From Eledone cirrhosa (lineage: Eukaryota), in the NCBI GenBank assembly GCA_964016885.1, contig OZ024744.1, positions 25,916,001-25,980,000 of the forward strand: a stretch of 64,000 nt of DNA, read 5' to 3'. The notes beneath the pieces were generated by a model. That model ran no database searches and was not told the DNA's origin. It worked only from the letters and a program-made list of their open reading frames with translations. The position numbers were made by a program, and so were the translations under genes. Shown here in pieces: positions 13,520 to 27,515 of this stretch. Position 1 is the stretch's first letter. Each line of letters opens with the position of its first letter.

Positions 13520-15435
13520 GCTGCATTGGTCCTTATATTAAACCACAGTGGCAACTAGTGGAGTTCTAGTACTGCAGTGGTCCTTAAGTTAAACCATAAT
13601 AGCAACTAGTGGAGTTCTACTGCTGCAGTGCTCCTTAAGTTACACCACAATAGCAACTAGTGGTGTTCTAGTGCCACAGCGGTCCTTAAGTTAAATCGCA
13701 ATAGCAACTAGTGGAGTTCTAGTACTGCAGTCGTCCTTAAGTTAAACCTCAATAGCAACTAGTGGAGTTCTAGTACTGCAGTGGTCCTTAAGTTAAACCT
13801 CAATAGCAACTAGTGGAGTTCTAGTGCCACAGTGAACCTTAAGTTAAACCACAATAGCAACTAGTGGAGTTCTAGTGCTGCAGTGCTCCTTAAGTTAAAC
13901 CACAATAGCAACTAGTGGAGTTCTAGTGCTGCAGTGGTCCTTAAGTTAAACCACAATAGCAACTAGTGGAGTTCTAGTACTGCAGTGGACCTTAAGTTAA
14001 ACCACAATAGCAACTAGTTGAGTTCTAGTGCTGCAGTCATCCTTAAGTTAAACCACAATAGCAACTAGTGGAGTTCTAGTGCTGCAGTGGTCCTTAAGTT
14101 AAACCACAATAGCAACTAGTGGAGTTCTAGTACTGCAGTGGACATTAAGTTAAACCACAATAGCAACTAGTTGAGTTCTAGTGCTGCAGTCATCCTTAAA
14201 TTAAACCACAATAGCAACTAGTGGAGTTCTAGTACTGCAGTGGTCCTGAAGTTAAACCACAGTAGCAACTAGTGGAGTTCTAGTACTGCAGTGGACCTTA
14301 AGTTAAACCACAATAGCAACTAGTGGACTTCTAGTGCTACAGTGGTCCTTAAGTTAAACCACAATAGCAAATAGTGGAGTTCCCATTACTGCAGTGGTCC
14401 TTAAATTAAACCACAAGAGCAACTAGTGGAGTTCTAGTGCTACAGTGGTCCTTAAGTTAAACCACAATAGCAACTAGTGAAGTTCTAGTGCTGCAGTGGT
14501 CCTTAATTTAAACCATAATAGAAACTAGTGGAGTTCTAGTGCTGCAGTGGTCCTTAAGTTAAACCACAATAGCAACTAGTGGAGTTCTAGTGCTACAGTG
14601 GTCCTTAAGTTAAACCACAATAGCAACTAGTGGAGTTCTAGTACTGCAGTGGTCCTTAAATTAAACCACAATAGCAACTACTGGAGTTCTAGTACTGCTG
14701 TGGTCCTTAAGTTAAACCACAATAGTAACTAGTGGAGTTCTAGTACTGCAGTGGCCCTTAAATTAAACCACAATAGCAACTAGTGGAGTTCTAGTACTGC
14801 AGTGGTCCTTAAGTTAAACCACAATAGCAACTAGTGGAATTCTAGTGCCACAGTGGTCACTAAGTTAAACCACAATAGCAACTAGTGGAGTTCTAGTGCC
14901 ACAGTGGTCCTTAAGTTAAACCACAATAGCAACTAGCGGAGTTCTAGTGCTGCAGTGGACCTTAAGTTAAACCACAAACATCTCCACAAATGTAAACAAC
15001 GTAGTGATTATTTCTACACCAATAATAGCAACTAGTGGAGTTATAGTGCTGCAGTGGTCCTTAAGTTAAACCACAATAGCAACTAGTGGAGTTCTAGTGT
15101 TGCAGTGGTCCTTAAGTGAAACCACAATAGCAACTAGTGGAGTTCTAGTGCCACAGTGGTCCTTAAGTTAAACCACAATAGCAACTAGCGGAGTTCTAGT
15201 GCTGCAGTGGACCTTAAGTTAAACCACAAACATCTCCACAAATGTAAACAACGTAGTGATTACTTCTACACCAATAATAGCAACTAGTGGAGTTATAGTG
15301 CTGCAGTGGTCCTTAAGTTAAACCACAATAGCAACTAGTGGAGTTCTAGTACTGCAGTAGTCCTTAAGTGAAACCACAAACATCTCCACAAATGTAAATA
15401 ATATAGTGATTACTTCGATACCAACAATAGCAATT
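13520..15435. repeat. 51-bp tandem satellite, about 35 copies, with a repeated ~45-bp interruption
   Basis: Unit aaccacaatagcaactagtggagttctagtgctgcagtggtccttaagtta. The insert catctccacaaatgtaaa... occurs at about 14979, 15231 and 15381. Confidence 0.95.
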
Positions 15436-15779
15436 ATTTTCTTTAAGAAGTTACAATTTTAGTAAATTTTATGATGAATAAAATAAATATATTTTCACTG
15501 TCTTGTGCAAAAAAATGTACTAAAATATTTCAATAAAAAATTCGATGTAAAGAATAAAGTAAATATATTTCCCCCTTCATTGTGGTTTAAAATTTACTAA
15601 AATATTACAATTAGAATTACAATGTTGAATAATAATTAAAAATATCTACTATGTATACAGTTTATACTCTTCACCTAATTCAAATCTATTTATTTAATTT
15701 GTTAAATGCCTGCCCAAATTGAGGAGCGTCTTATAGGCCCATGAGTCTTATAAGCCGTCAAATATGAAATATAGTATAT

Positions 15780-15852
<73 letters not shown>

Positions 15853-16464
15853 AAGCTTTTTTCGCTTTTGTTTACAAACAGCGGAGGATTTGAAATTGTA
15901 TAGTGAAAATAGTGCCAACGTTGTATTTTTTACTAAGTAAATTAGCCTAAAATTGGAGTTATAAAAACCCACAGAAATGGAAAAATGAATGAGCTTTATA
16001 TCTTATATATATGTATTCATACGCTATGATTATATAGCTTCAAATAGATTGGAAATTTGTGTGAGTTGCGTATTGGTGAAATGGTAATAGAATGGTCACG
16101 TTAGCCAGAGATATGGGTTCGTGTCCTATTTACTTCAATGCTAATTCACTTTTCCATTAATTATATCTAAACATTTTTAAATATTAAGCAGCTCTTGCCG
16201 CGTGTCAACTTTTGCTATAGCGTGGAGAATAGCAAACTAGCTGTCTTTGACCAAGAAGAAGGGTAAGTTTTCCTCTGCCTAATTATGGTTATAGTAAAAC
16301 ATAATATGAGAAGACTGCGGGAGGCGAGGCAAGATATTTTCTTTCTAGACAAGTCTTCAGCAATGTTCTATGACAGTCAAAAGTAGCAAGATGGTTCGAT
16401 AACATCAATAAGTTCGGCTGGTGACGCCTGGGGATATATATAATGAAAGGAAACATACAAGATA

Positions 16465-16655
16465 ATAATGATTTCTACTTAAGGCCTAAGGCCAGAAATA
16501 TGGTGGTAGGGAAAAGTCGAATAAATCGACACCAGTGCATTACTGGTACTTTATTTTACCAACCCTGTAAGGATGGGAGGTAAAGCTAACCTTGGCGGTA
16601 TTTGAACTCAAAAATAAGGGGACGTAACTCTCTGTCGCGAAGCATGGTGTCCGAA
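16465..16655 (-). mobile_element. Octopus-type tRNA-derived SINE, diverged
   Basis: The reverse complement resembles 28018-28205 (gagttcaaat.ccgcc.aggtt...ataaagtaccagtaatgcactgg). Confidence 0.65.
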
Positions 16656-17214
16656 CAAGAAGAAGACTAAAACATAGTCCCTTATGCTGTTTTGTTTGTA
16701 GCAATGGAAACAAAATCTCAGAAATTGGTTCATCAAATATTCCAATTTCATGTCATTAATGAATACTCCAACAGGATGTCAGATTTTCTACAAGAATATA
16801 TATTTCAAAACAGTCGAGCTCGTAGCAGTGGAGACGTCTGGTATCACTGGCTATATGGCCACCTCACTACAGTTTGTGTTAGGACTTGGTGTACATGAGA
16901 GATGGGGAGGCTGGGAGAGACGGAGACGATGACAGTGGGAGTTTGGCTGTTAGGACCTTCAGTACATGTGTGTGTAATTTTACACTTATTTTCGACTTTT
17001 ACAGACTTAGTTCTTATTAATATTTTAATTGCTTATGATTATATATTACATTGTAGGTCTCTGAAGGGTTTTTTTCTCTATTAATTCACAAAAACTATGT
17101 TACCTATCAATGAAAAATAGTATGCCCTAGATTTGGCAGTGGAAAGGTTTCTGTTTTATATGTAATTACTCTCTATTGATGGAATATATCATGAAAATAC
17201 AGTCTAATAGAGAA

Positions 17215-17368
17215 GAATGAAATGTAAAATAAGAAAATATAAAGAAATAAAAGAGAAAAAAACGGAAAAGGGAGGAAATGGCAAGGACTGTAGTGTCACA
17301 GAAGAATGGGAAGGAAGTGGTGGGGGAGTGGGCTCTGGGCCTAGGGCGCGGCAGTAATGTAGCTGAGA
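17215..17368 (-). mobile_element. CRE-like LINE 3' UTR copy
   Basis: Reverse complement of 63565-63730 (ctagtgtcacagaagaatggg...gggctctgggcct). Confidence 0.65.
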
Positions 17369-17369
17369 A

Positions 17370-17726
17370 CAGAGGTTCTCAAAGTGGGCGCTACCACCAC
17401 CCCAGGGGGCATTGAGAAGGTCCAGGGTGGGGGTGAGGCATAAGGGATGTTGTGGGCAGTGAAGGGTGGTAGAGATGATATAATAGTATATTAAATATCA
17501 AATGATACATATTATTTATAAATATAGTAAAATAAAAAATATATATTTATTTATACATAGTATATATTATATTATTTATTATATATACATTAACGGTTTT
17601 ATATATTATATATTATTTACAATTTGTGTGTAGGGAGGTCTCTCTGGAAATATGGGTGGGGTGCTGATTGTATTACGAGGCAGTGAGGGGGGGGGGGGGG
17701 GGCTAAAAAAGGTTTGAGAACCTCTG
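17370..17726. mobile_element. hAT-type MITE
   Basis: 14-bp terminal inverted repeats cagaggttctcaaa / tttgagaacctctg. The flanking 8-mers match only partly. Confidence 0.75.
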
Positions 17727-18049
17727 GTATAGAATATGGCAATATGGCGAGGTTGTATTAAAGCTTTTAGAAAAGAATTTGACCTTAAAATAAATGTAGT
17801 TATTTAAACGTTTATATTTACTCCATTAATATATTTCACTAATATGCTTCAATAGTGTGTGTATATGTATATTATATATATGATATGTATATATATGTCA
17901 TATATATATATATATATATAAATATATATATACATAAACTCACACACATAAGTCCAGTATAATTTAGTAACGATTCATATTAATTAAGCGTTTTACTACC
18001 AAATAATTCCCCTGCCAAATGTCAGCTCCCATTCAACATGGCGGCTGTC

Positions 18050-20860
18050 ACTGTTGCTGGTGATGATCTAGTTACACATCTAGTTACAGATTTACTGTTG
18101 ATGATGATAATGGCGGCGGCGGCGGTTAGGTTTAGGACTGCAGTTGGTTGTGGTGGTGTTATTGGTGATGTTGGCGATGTTGATTGTGGTGGTGGTGGTG
18201 CTGGTGGTGATGATGATGGTGGTTGTGGTGGTGTTGGTGGTGGTGATGGTGGCGATGATGATAATGGTGTTGGTGGTTTTATTGGTGATGGTGGTGGTGG
18301 TTGTGTTATTGGTGTTAGTGGTGATGATGGTGGCGGGGGTGGTGGTGGTGTTGGTGGTGTTGGTGCTGGTGATGGTGTTGGTGGTTTTATTGGTGATGGT
18401 GGTGGTGGTGGTGTTATTGGTGTTGGTGGTGATGATGGTGGCGGGGGGGGGGGTGCTGATGGTGGTGATGGTGATGGTGTTGGTGGTTTTATTGGTGGTG
18501 GTGGTGTTATTGGTGTTGGTGGTGATGATGGTGGCGGAGGTAGTGGTGGTGTTGGTGGTGTTGGTGGTGGTGGTGATGATGGTGGCGGGGGTGGTGGTGG
18601 TGTTGGTGTTGGTGGTGGTGGTGATGGTGATAGAGTTGGTGGTGATGATGGTGGTGATGTTGGTGGTGGTGATGTTGGTGGTGTTGGTGGCGGTGGTGAT
18701 GGTGGTGGTGTTATTGGTGTTAGTGGTGATGATGGTGGCGGTGTTGGTGACGGTGGTGATGGTGATGGTGTTGGTGGTTTTATTGGTCATGGTGGTGGTG
18801 GTGGTGGTGGTGGTTTAATTGGTGTTGGTGGTGACGATGATGGTGTCGATGATGGTGGTGGTGTTGGTGGTTTTATTGGTGATGGTGGTGGTGGTGGTGG
18901 TGGTTTAATTGGTGTTGGTGGTGACGATGATGGTGGCGATGATGGTGGTGGTGTTGATGGCGGTGCTGATGGTGGTGGTGGTGGTGTTATTGGTGTTGGT
19001 TGTGATGATGGCGGCGGTGGTGTTGGTGGTGATGGTGGTGGTGGTGGAGTTGATGGTGGTGTTATTGGTGTTGGTAGTGATGATGATGGTGGTGTTGGTG
19101 GCGGTGGTGATGGTGGTGGTGGCGGTTTTGGTAGTGTTGGTGGTGGTGGTGTTGGTGTTATTGGTGTTGGTGGTGATGATGATGGTGGTGGTGGTTGTGG
19201 CGGTGGTGATGGCGACGGGGATAACGTTGATGATAATGATGAGCATGATGATTGAGAGGGGGAGGAAGGATCAACAGGAGTATGCGTAGTAGCAGTAGTA
19301 GTGTGAGGGTGGGATGGGTGGGCTGTAGTAAAATTGTGGTGAATGGTGCCAGAAGTTTTAATATAATGTTGTGGGTAAAGTTGATGATGATAATGATGAT
19401 GATGGTGATGGTGATGTTGATGGTGGTGGTGATGTTGATGGTGGTGGTGATGTTGATGGTGGTGGTGATGTTGATGATGATAATGATGATGATGGTGATG
19501 GTGATGTTGATGGTGGTGGTGATGTTGGTGGTGGTGATGTTGATGATGATAATGATGATGATGATGGTGATGATGGTGAAGGTGGTGGTGATGGTGATGA
19601 TGATAATGATGATGATGATGGTGGTGATGGTGAAGGTGGTGGTGATGGTGATGGTGGTGGTGGTGATGATGATGGTGGTGATGTTGATGGTGGTGGTGAT
19701 GTTGATGATGATAATGATGGTGGTGGTGATGTTGATGGTGGTGGTGATGTTGATGGTGGTGGTGATGGTGATGGTGGTGGTGATGGTGATGGTGGTGATG
19801 ATGGTGATGGTGGTGGTGATGGTGATGGTGGTGGTGATGTTGATGGTGGTGGTGATGGTGATGGTGATGGTGGTGGTGATGGTGATGGTGGTGGTGATGG
19901 TGATGATGGTGATGGTGGTGGTGATGGTGATGGTGGTGGTGATGGTGATGATGGTGATGGTGGTGGTGATGGTGATGGTGGTGGTGATGGTGATGGTGGT
20001 GGAGATGGTGATGGTGGTGATGATGGTGATGGTGGTGGTGATGGGGATGGTGGTGGTGATGGTGATGGTGGTGGTGATGGTGATGGTGGTGGTGATGTTG
20101 ATGGTGGTGGTGATGGTGATGGTGGTGGTGATGGTGGCGGTGATGGTGATGGTGGTGGTGATGGTGATGGTGGTGGTGATGTTGATGGTGGTGGTGATGG
20201 TGATGGTGGTGGTGATGGTGATGATGGTGATGGTGGTGGTGATGGTGATGGTGGTGGTGATGGTGATGGTGGTGGTGATGGTGATGGTGGTGATGATGGT
20301 GATGGTGGTGGTGATGGTGATGGTGGTGGTGATGGTGATGGTGGTGGTGATGGTGATGGTGGTGGTGATGTTGATGGTGGTGGTGATGGTGATGGTGGTG
20401 GTGATGGTGGCGGTGATGGTGATGGTGGTGGTGATGGTGATGGTGGTGGTGATGTTGATGGTGGTGGTGATGGTGATGGTGGTGGTGATGGTGATGATGG
20501 TGATGGTGGTGGTGATGTTGATGGTGGTGGTGATGGTGATGTTGGTGGTGATGGTGATGATGGTGATGGTGGTGGTGATGGTGATGGTGGTGGTGATGGT
20601 GATGGTGGTGGTGATGGTGGTGATGGTGGTGGTGATGGTGATGGTGGTGGTGATGGTGATGATGGTGATGTTGATGATGATAATGATGATGATGGTGGTT
20701 GTAATGTTGATGGTGGTGGTGATGGTGGTGGTGGTGGTGATGATGATGTTGTTGTTGATGTTGTTATTGCTGCTGTTGTTGCTGTTGTTGTTGTTGGTGG
20801 TGGTGTTGTTGTTGTTGTTGTTGAGGGTGTTGCCGTCGCTGCTGTTATAGTTGCTGTTAT
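18050..20860. repeat. (GGT/GAT/GTT)n trinucleotide low-complexity tract
   Basis: Several frames are open on both strands because of composition alone. Confidence 0.9.
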
Positions 20861-21057
20861 TGTTTACGATTGTTTTATGCCAATAAATGTCAGTGTATTC
20901 TATGTAGGGCTATAGAGAGCTAGAGGTTAGCTTTACAGTGGAAAGTGTCGTGTTTCAATCCTCCTTTCTGATTCGCCACCAGGTGCACAGCACACACTGA
21001 ATCACAGCTTCAGCCCGCTTCAGCCCACGCACCCTCCTTACAGCAAAAACTGCTCAA

Positions 21058-21167
<110 letters not shown>

Positions 21168-21200
21168 TTATTTATTTATATATGTATGTATGTGTATATA

Positions 21201-21232
<32 letters not shown>

Positions 21233-21283
21233 CATCACATATATACATAGACACACAAGCATACTGACATAGATGGATTGATT

Positions 21284-21314
<31 letters not shown>

Positions 21315-21316
<2 letters not shown>

Positions 21317-22268
21317 ATTTCTTTATTAGCCACAAGGGCACAAAAGAAGGGGACAAATACAAATGGGGAGTTTACATACAGGTATATGAAAATAAAACTA
21401 TTAATAAAATAACAAATAACAATTGATATCCCCAATAGGGGGGAGGCGTTACACAGGGGTTGTACACACCCGCCAAAAATATACAACCCTTATCTCCAGG
21501 AGCACCAAGAGTGAGTAGTCCCTTCCTCTCTTCTTCTTTTTCCTCAACCTACAGGCTTATATAGAGAGAAGTCCCAACCACTCGGGCCATCTTTGCCACA
21601 TTCACCCACCTTTTATAAAATTTGCTGGGGTACAGCACGTCTCTCTCCATCCTGATTCTTCTTCCAAAATGATATTTGAGAAAACGAATCAGTTGTTCGC
21701 CGGAGAGGAAGGTGTCTGACCTCAGACCTTTTAACCTCGTCCACCATATAACCTCTTTCACCATAGCCATAACACATAGGAAAACCGCCTCTCCCTCGTT
21801 TTTGAAGGAGGGTGGCGGTTTTATCATGACAATAGACTTGGTGGTCAACTGGATTGGTCCCACCCGCGACAATAGTCGTTCCACATAGCCCCACAGGACG
21901 GTAACGCCCGGGCAGTATACAAATGCCTGCGCGACGGTTTCCTGGCCACGCACGCATCTCGGACAGATCTTTTTCGAAGGGTCCTTGCTCGGGTTCCCGT
22001 GTCTGTAGCGCTTGTCTCGAACTGGTAGAGCTCCGCGATAGTACTGCCAGGCCAGGAACTTTTGGAAGTTCTCCATCGGTCTCGGGCGGAAAGTCCTACC
22101 GAACAGACTGGCCAGTTCGTCCTCCTCTACGCCTAGAGTTTCTCCGAGCGCGTCGTCGCACTTGCTGCAGACCAACCCTCTATAGAATGGTGAAGTGGAA
22201 TCTGATCGCCGGGTCCGTTTGCCAGAGGAGTGTGAGCGCCTGAGCACATTCGATGTGCCAGTCGCCCA
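21315..22268 (-). mobile_element. Tx1/L1-like LINE 3' part (C-terminal zinc-binding region plus 3' UTR) in (GATA)n
   Basis: FLAWQYYRGALPVRDK...CPRCVRGQETVAQAFVYC, stop at 21549, and gata repeats on both sides. Confidence 0.8.
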
Positions 22269-22280
22269 TAGATAGATAGA

Positions 22281-22672
22281 TAACTTTCTTTTTATTTGCC
22301 ACCAGGGCGTCAAAGAGTGGGACAAGTACAATGGGGGGGAGTTTACATAAAAAGGCGTCCTCAATAAGGAGGAGGCAATAACAAAATATAAAAATATAAA
22401 AATATAAAATATTAACAAAAATAAATTGAATAACAAAATCCTCAATAGGGAGGAGGCGCCTTGGGGGTGGCACACCCTCCCGAAAAAGTGTGCAACCCTT
22501 CTCCTCAGGAGCATAGAGAGAGGGTGCTCCCGTGATCTTTCATCTTTCTCACCTACAGTCTGATGTAGAGTGAAGGCCCATTCACACAGGCCATTCTCGC
22601 CACATTCATCCATCTTTCATAAAAACGGCTGGGGTGCAGCACCTCTCTCTCCATCCTCATCCTTCTTCCAAA
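22281..22672 (-). mobile_element. Second, diverged Tx1/L1-like 3' end in tandem with the first
   Basis: Similar to 21315-21670 and joined to it through atagatagatagata. Confidence 0.7.
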
Positions 22673-22817
22673 TGTACACACATTAAGCTACACAGACAGT
22701 TCCTACCCAATGTTTCTCACAACAAATAAAGGGATAACATAGAAAACTAAACAAAATATAAATTATAAGACAAAAACAATTACTGAAAGAATTTATCGCC
22801 ATTTTGTACTAATTATA

Positions 22818-22883
22818 ATTGTTGTTGTTGTTATTGTTGCTGTTTTTGTTGTTGCTGTTGTAGTAATTACTGTTGGTGTTGTT

Positions 22884-22948
<65 letters not shown>

Positions 22949-23495
22949 TGTAGGGGTAGTGGTAGTAGTAGTATAGTAGTAGTATAGTAGTAGTATAGTA
23001 GTAGTAGAAATTACTGTTGTTATAGTTATTATAGTAGTTGTAGTAATTACTGTTGATATTGTTATAGTTGTTGTTATTGTTATATGATTATAGTAGTTAC
23101 TGTTGATGTTGTTGTTGTTGTTACTGTTGTTGTTACTGTTGTTGTTACTGTTGTTGTTGTTGGGATTCTAGTGTTTACTGTTGTTGCTGTTGTCGATGTT
23201 GTTGCTGTTGATGTGGTTGTTGTTGTGGTTGTTGTTGGGATTCTATTGTTTACTGTTGTTGCTGTTGTCGATGTTGTTGTTGTTGTTGTTGGGATTCTAG
23301 TGTATACTATTGTTGCTGTTGTTGTTGCTGTTGTTGTTGCTGTTGCTGTTGCTGTTGTTGGTGTTGCTGTTGTTCTTGTTGTTGTTGCTGCTGCTGTTGT
23401 TATCGTTGCTTTTGTTATTGTTGTTACTGTTGTTGTTGTTGTTGTTGTTGTTGTTGGAATTCTAGTAATTACTGTTGTTGTTTTGTGTTTATGTG
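22818..23495. repeat. (GTT/GTA)n low-complexity tract
   Basis: Visible trinucleotide repeats. Confidence 0.9.
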
Positions 23496-23989
23496 TTTAG
23501 ATCTAACGAACGGTCGGTCTGTCTTGAGGAAGGAATGTTCCAGATTATTTACCATCATCACCATTCCTGTAGTTGGGCTGTTAATTAGTCAACTTATAAA
23601 CGTTATACCATAATAGATTCTTAGAAAACAATTCAAATATATACACCACTCTAGAATAGTCACTTTCACTCACACACACACACACTTACACATATATATA
23701 TATGTGTATGTGTATTATATATATATGTATTATATATATATATATATATATACGATTAACAAACACGTGTACGCCTACAACCACATATACACACATATAT
23801 TTGTACATAAAGGCACACAGATATTTATACATGAATAGTGACACGTGCAGACACACACACTTGCAGAGAAAAACACGCTGGTGTTTAAACCGGCAAAGAG
23901 TCCCATAGACACATACATATATACGAGGGGGCTTCATGCAATTTAAACCATAGCAAAGCAGCTGTTTTTACATATTCTACTTCATCTTA

Positions 23990-24106
23990 ACCTCTCATCC
24001 CTTCCACTTCTAAAACGAAGGAATATTTATTTGTTTCCTCTACCGGTTTCACAGTTCTAATGCTTTTCAAAAGTAGAAATGAGATGGAGGATTTGTGGTT
24101 TTTCTC
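23990..24106 (-). mobile_element. Family A diverged copy
   Basis: ccggtttcacagttctaatgcttttcaaaagtagaaatgagatggagg...tttttctc. Confidence 0.65.
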
Positions 24107-24157
24107 GCACACACACACACACATATATATGTATATGTATATATATATACATATACA

Positions 24158-24225
<68 letters not shown>

Positions 24226-24437
24226 GTAAGTATGTATACGTACATACATATATGTATACAGACGTACAGTAGTATGTATATATATACATACATGCACACA
24301 CATATATATGTATGTATGGCTTTACCGAACATTATTATAATGCTAGGTTTGTTTGTAAACAAACAAACAGCCCGCATTACGCCGTACAGTGTTCAGGCAA
24401 CCATCGTTGCCCTTTTTGTTCAACAGTGACACAGGAA

Positions 24438-24478
24438 CGATGTACTAGTTTCAAGCTTATTAGCTATCGTCAGCACCG
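24438..24478 (-). ncRNA. Minimal type I hammerhead ribozyme
   Basis: cggtg-CTGACGA-tagct-aata-agctt-GAAA-ctag-TA-catcg. Confidence 0.8.
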
Positions 24479-24715
24479 TATATCTTCCTGCCAGATGATT
24501 GAACGTCTGAAAGTATATACTTTCCTTATGCATATTAAAGGCTGAGCCGTACTAAGAGTGTGAAATAAACTTTCGTTTCATTCTTTTCCATTTATCGTTT
24601 TCCGTGCGCCCGGCCGATTAAACTCACTCGATATGCAAATTAGGCTGCTCAGCCGTTAATATGCATAAGGAAAGTATATACTTTCAGACGTTCAATCATT
24701 TGGCAGGAAGGTATA

Positions 24716-24756
24716 CAATGCTGACGATAGCTAATAAGCTTGAAACTAGTACATCG
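24716..24756 (+). ncRNA. Minimal type I hammerhead ribozyme (inverted-arm copy)
   Basis: caatg-CTGACGA-tagctaataagctt-GAAA-ctag-TA-catcg. Confidence 0.75.
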
Positions 24757-25027
24757 TTCCTGAGTCCATGTTGAACAAAAGGGCAACGATGGTTGCTAGA
24801 CACTGTACGGCTTAATTCGGGATGTTTGTTTACAAACAAACCGAAAAATGTAATAAATGTACGGTAAACCCATACGTACATATATATATGTGTGTGTATG
24901 TATATATATACATACTACTGTACGTCTGTATACATATATGTATGTACGTATACATACTTACATTTAAGTATCAGCCGTAATAAGAGTGAGAAATTAAATT
25001 TTGTTTCATTCTTTTCATTCTCCCTCC

Positions 25028-25060
<33 letters not shown>

Positions 25061-25220
25061 TACATATATATATACGATATATTAACAAATGGAAACTATA
25101 TTTATAAAACCATATTTATTTCATTATACATATTTCAAGGACACCAAGGGAGCTTCCAACAGTAATGGTCGCATTCTTTAAGGGTATGTCAATATTTATT
25201 TATAAAACTGATCTATATTA

Positions 25221-25285
25221 TATTTTATCTGATGAAAGCACACAATAATTTAACTTGGTGTCCTTGAAATACGTATAATGAAATA
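25221..25285 (+). ncRNA. Type I hammerhead ribozyme inside the inverted repeat at 25074-25329
   Basis: tattttat-CTGATGA-aagcac..gtgtcctt-GAAA-tacgta-TA-atgaaata; 8-bp stem I with one G-U pair. Confidence 0.8.
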
Positions 25286-25417
25286 AATATCGTTTTATAA
25301 ATATAGTTTCCATTTGTTAATATGTCGTATTTTTACTCCAATAATTTGTTGAGTGCTTTATATTAGTTATAAACATATTTGCTGGTTGTATCCCAACAAT
25401 TTAAATACAACTTCTAC

Positions 25418-25602
<185 letters not shown>

Positions 25603-25637
25603 AAGTTATATTTAATATAAAAATCATCAGGAAGCCG

Positions 25638-25690
25638 TGGCTTCCTGATGATTTCTCCCGAATGAAACAGTTCTAGTCCTGTAGAAGCCA
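25638..25690 (+). ncRNA. Type I hammerhead ribozyme
   Basis: tggcttc-CTGATGA-tttc-tccc-gaat-GAAA-cag-ttctagtc-ctg-TA-gaagcca. Partial reverse copies at 28395-28421 and 44580-44624. Confidence 0.85.
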
Positions 25691-25834
25691 TTTCTATATT
25701 AAATATTTATACTCCGCTTTCTATTGATTACCTTACTGTGGCTACCCCCGATTGAACCCGGGGTAAACTTAATATATATGTATATATACGTTTATCCCGG
25801 GTTCAATCGGGGGTGTATATATATATATATATAT

Positions 25835-25951
25835 AGAATCAAGTAAGACCCCTTGGGTCTTACTTGTTCCTATTACCCAGTCTACTACCCTAAGTATTGA
25901 GTACTTTGGTGCGTTATGGTTCACCTGGTTCCTTACCACATTTCCTTCGTT
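25835..25951 (+). mobile_element. PLE-end family D copy
   Basis: Ends in ccacatttccttcgtt-(TA)n and starts with the fold-back caagtaagaccc-ctt-gggtcttacttg. Confidence 0.7.
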
Positions 25952-26347
25952 ATATATATATATATATATATATATAAATGAAAATAGAGAAATTAATGTG
26001 ACCAAGAAGCCAACAGTATTTCATAATATATAAGTGGAAAATATTTAACTGAGACGTGGGAAAATAATACAAACTCAATTTTTAAAAAATCAAGACAGAG
26101 ATTTTATCCACATATTTTGTGAAATCCAGGGAAAAAACCAATAGAGTCTTAACTCAGAATAAAATAAAGTTTAAATACTCATCTTTCAATTTGGAAAAAC
26201 TACAAATGCTCTATATAGTCTTAAAAAGACTATTTAACGAAACTCTTCAGTCACGCTTGGAGTCGTTCATCAGTAGAGCTCAAAAACACGATAACCAAAA
26301 CCACTGCTAAAATATGCCAGAAAGGGAATTTAAAAGCACGCTAGTTC

Positions 26348-26424
<77 letters not shown>

Positions 26425-26426
<2 letters not shown>

Positions 26427-26765
26427 TAATATATAAGATCAACAGATGGCTAAAATAGTTCCATGTATTTTATTATGCGCATTTCAAAAAACAAATATCA
26501 TCATGCAATAACATTTGTGTTTTCATCAGATAAAATAGGAAGACATGATATGAAGGTTTAAAACACTTGTGGACAGTGCATTTTTAAATCAACATATGTT
26601 GATTTAAAACTGCACTATCCACAAGTGTTTTAAACCTTCATATCATGTCTTCCTATTTTATCTGATGAAAACACAAATGTTATTGCATGATGATATTTGT
26701 TTCTGAAATGCGCATAATAAAATACATGGAACTCTTTTAACCATCTTTTGATCTTATATATTATA
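26425..26765. mobile_element. Spacerless fold-back palindrome with a hammerhead on each arm
   Basis: Centre aatcaacatatgttgatt; hammerheads at 26466-26537 (-) and 26654-26724 (+). Confidence 0.85.
26654..26724 (+). ncRNA. Type I hammerhead ribozyme
   Basis: tattttat-CTGATGA-aaacacaaat..atttgtttct-GAAA-tgcgca-TA-ataaaata; perfect 8-bp stem I. Confidence 0.85.
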
Positions 26766-26819
26766 TATATATATATATATAAAATATGTAGTTTAGAAAG
26801 CCACAACAATGCAGATGGG

Positions 26820-27362
<543 letters not shown>

Positions 27363-27373
27363 ATATATATATA

Positions 27374-27490
<117 letters not shown>

Positions 27491-27515
27491 TTCTTTATTA
27501 TAAGAACAGATTAAA

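Larger units (their letters stand above)
24222..24966. mobile_element. Fold-back element with ~320-bp arms, each carrying a hammerhead
   Basis: Arms at about 24222-24547 and 24647-24966 are reverse complements with scattered differences. Confidence 0.8.

Noticed and set aside
13520-15435. CRISPR-like regular array with palindromic units
   Set aside because: Units are contiguous with no unique spacers, there are no cas genes, and the context is eukaryotic.
19252-20915. Overlapping ORFs of more than 500 aa
   Set aside because: GGT/GAT repeats lack stop codons in several frames.
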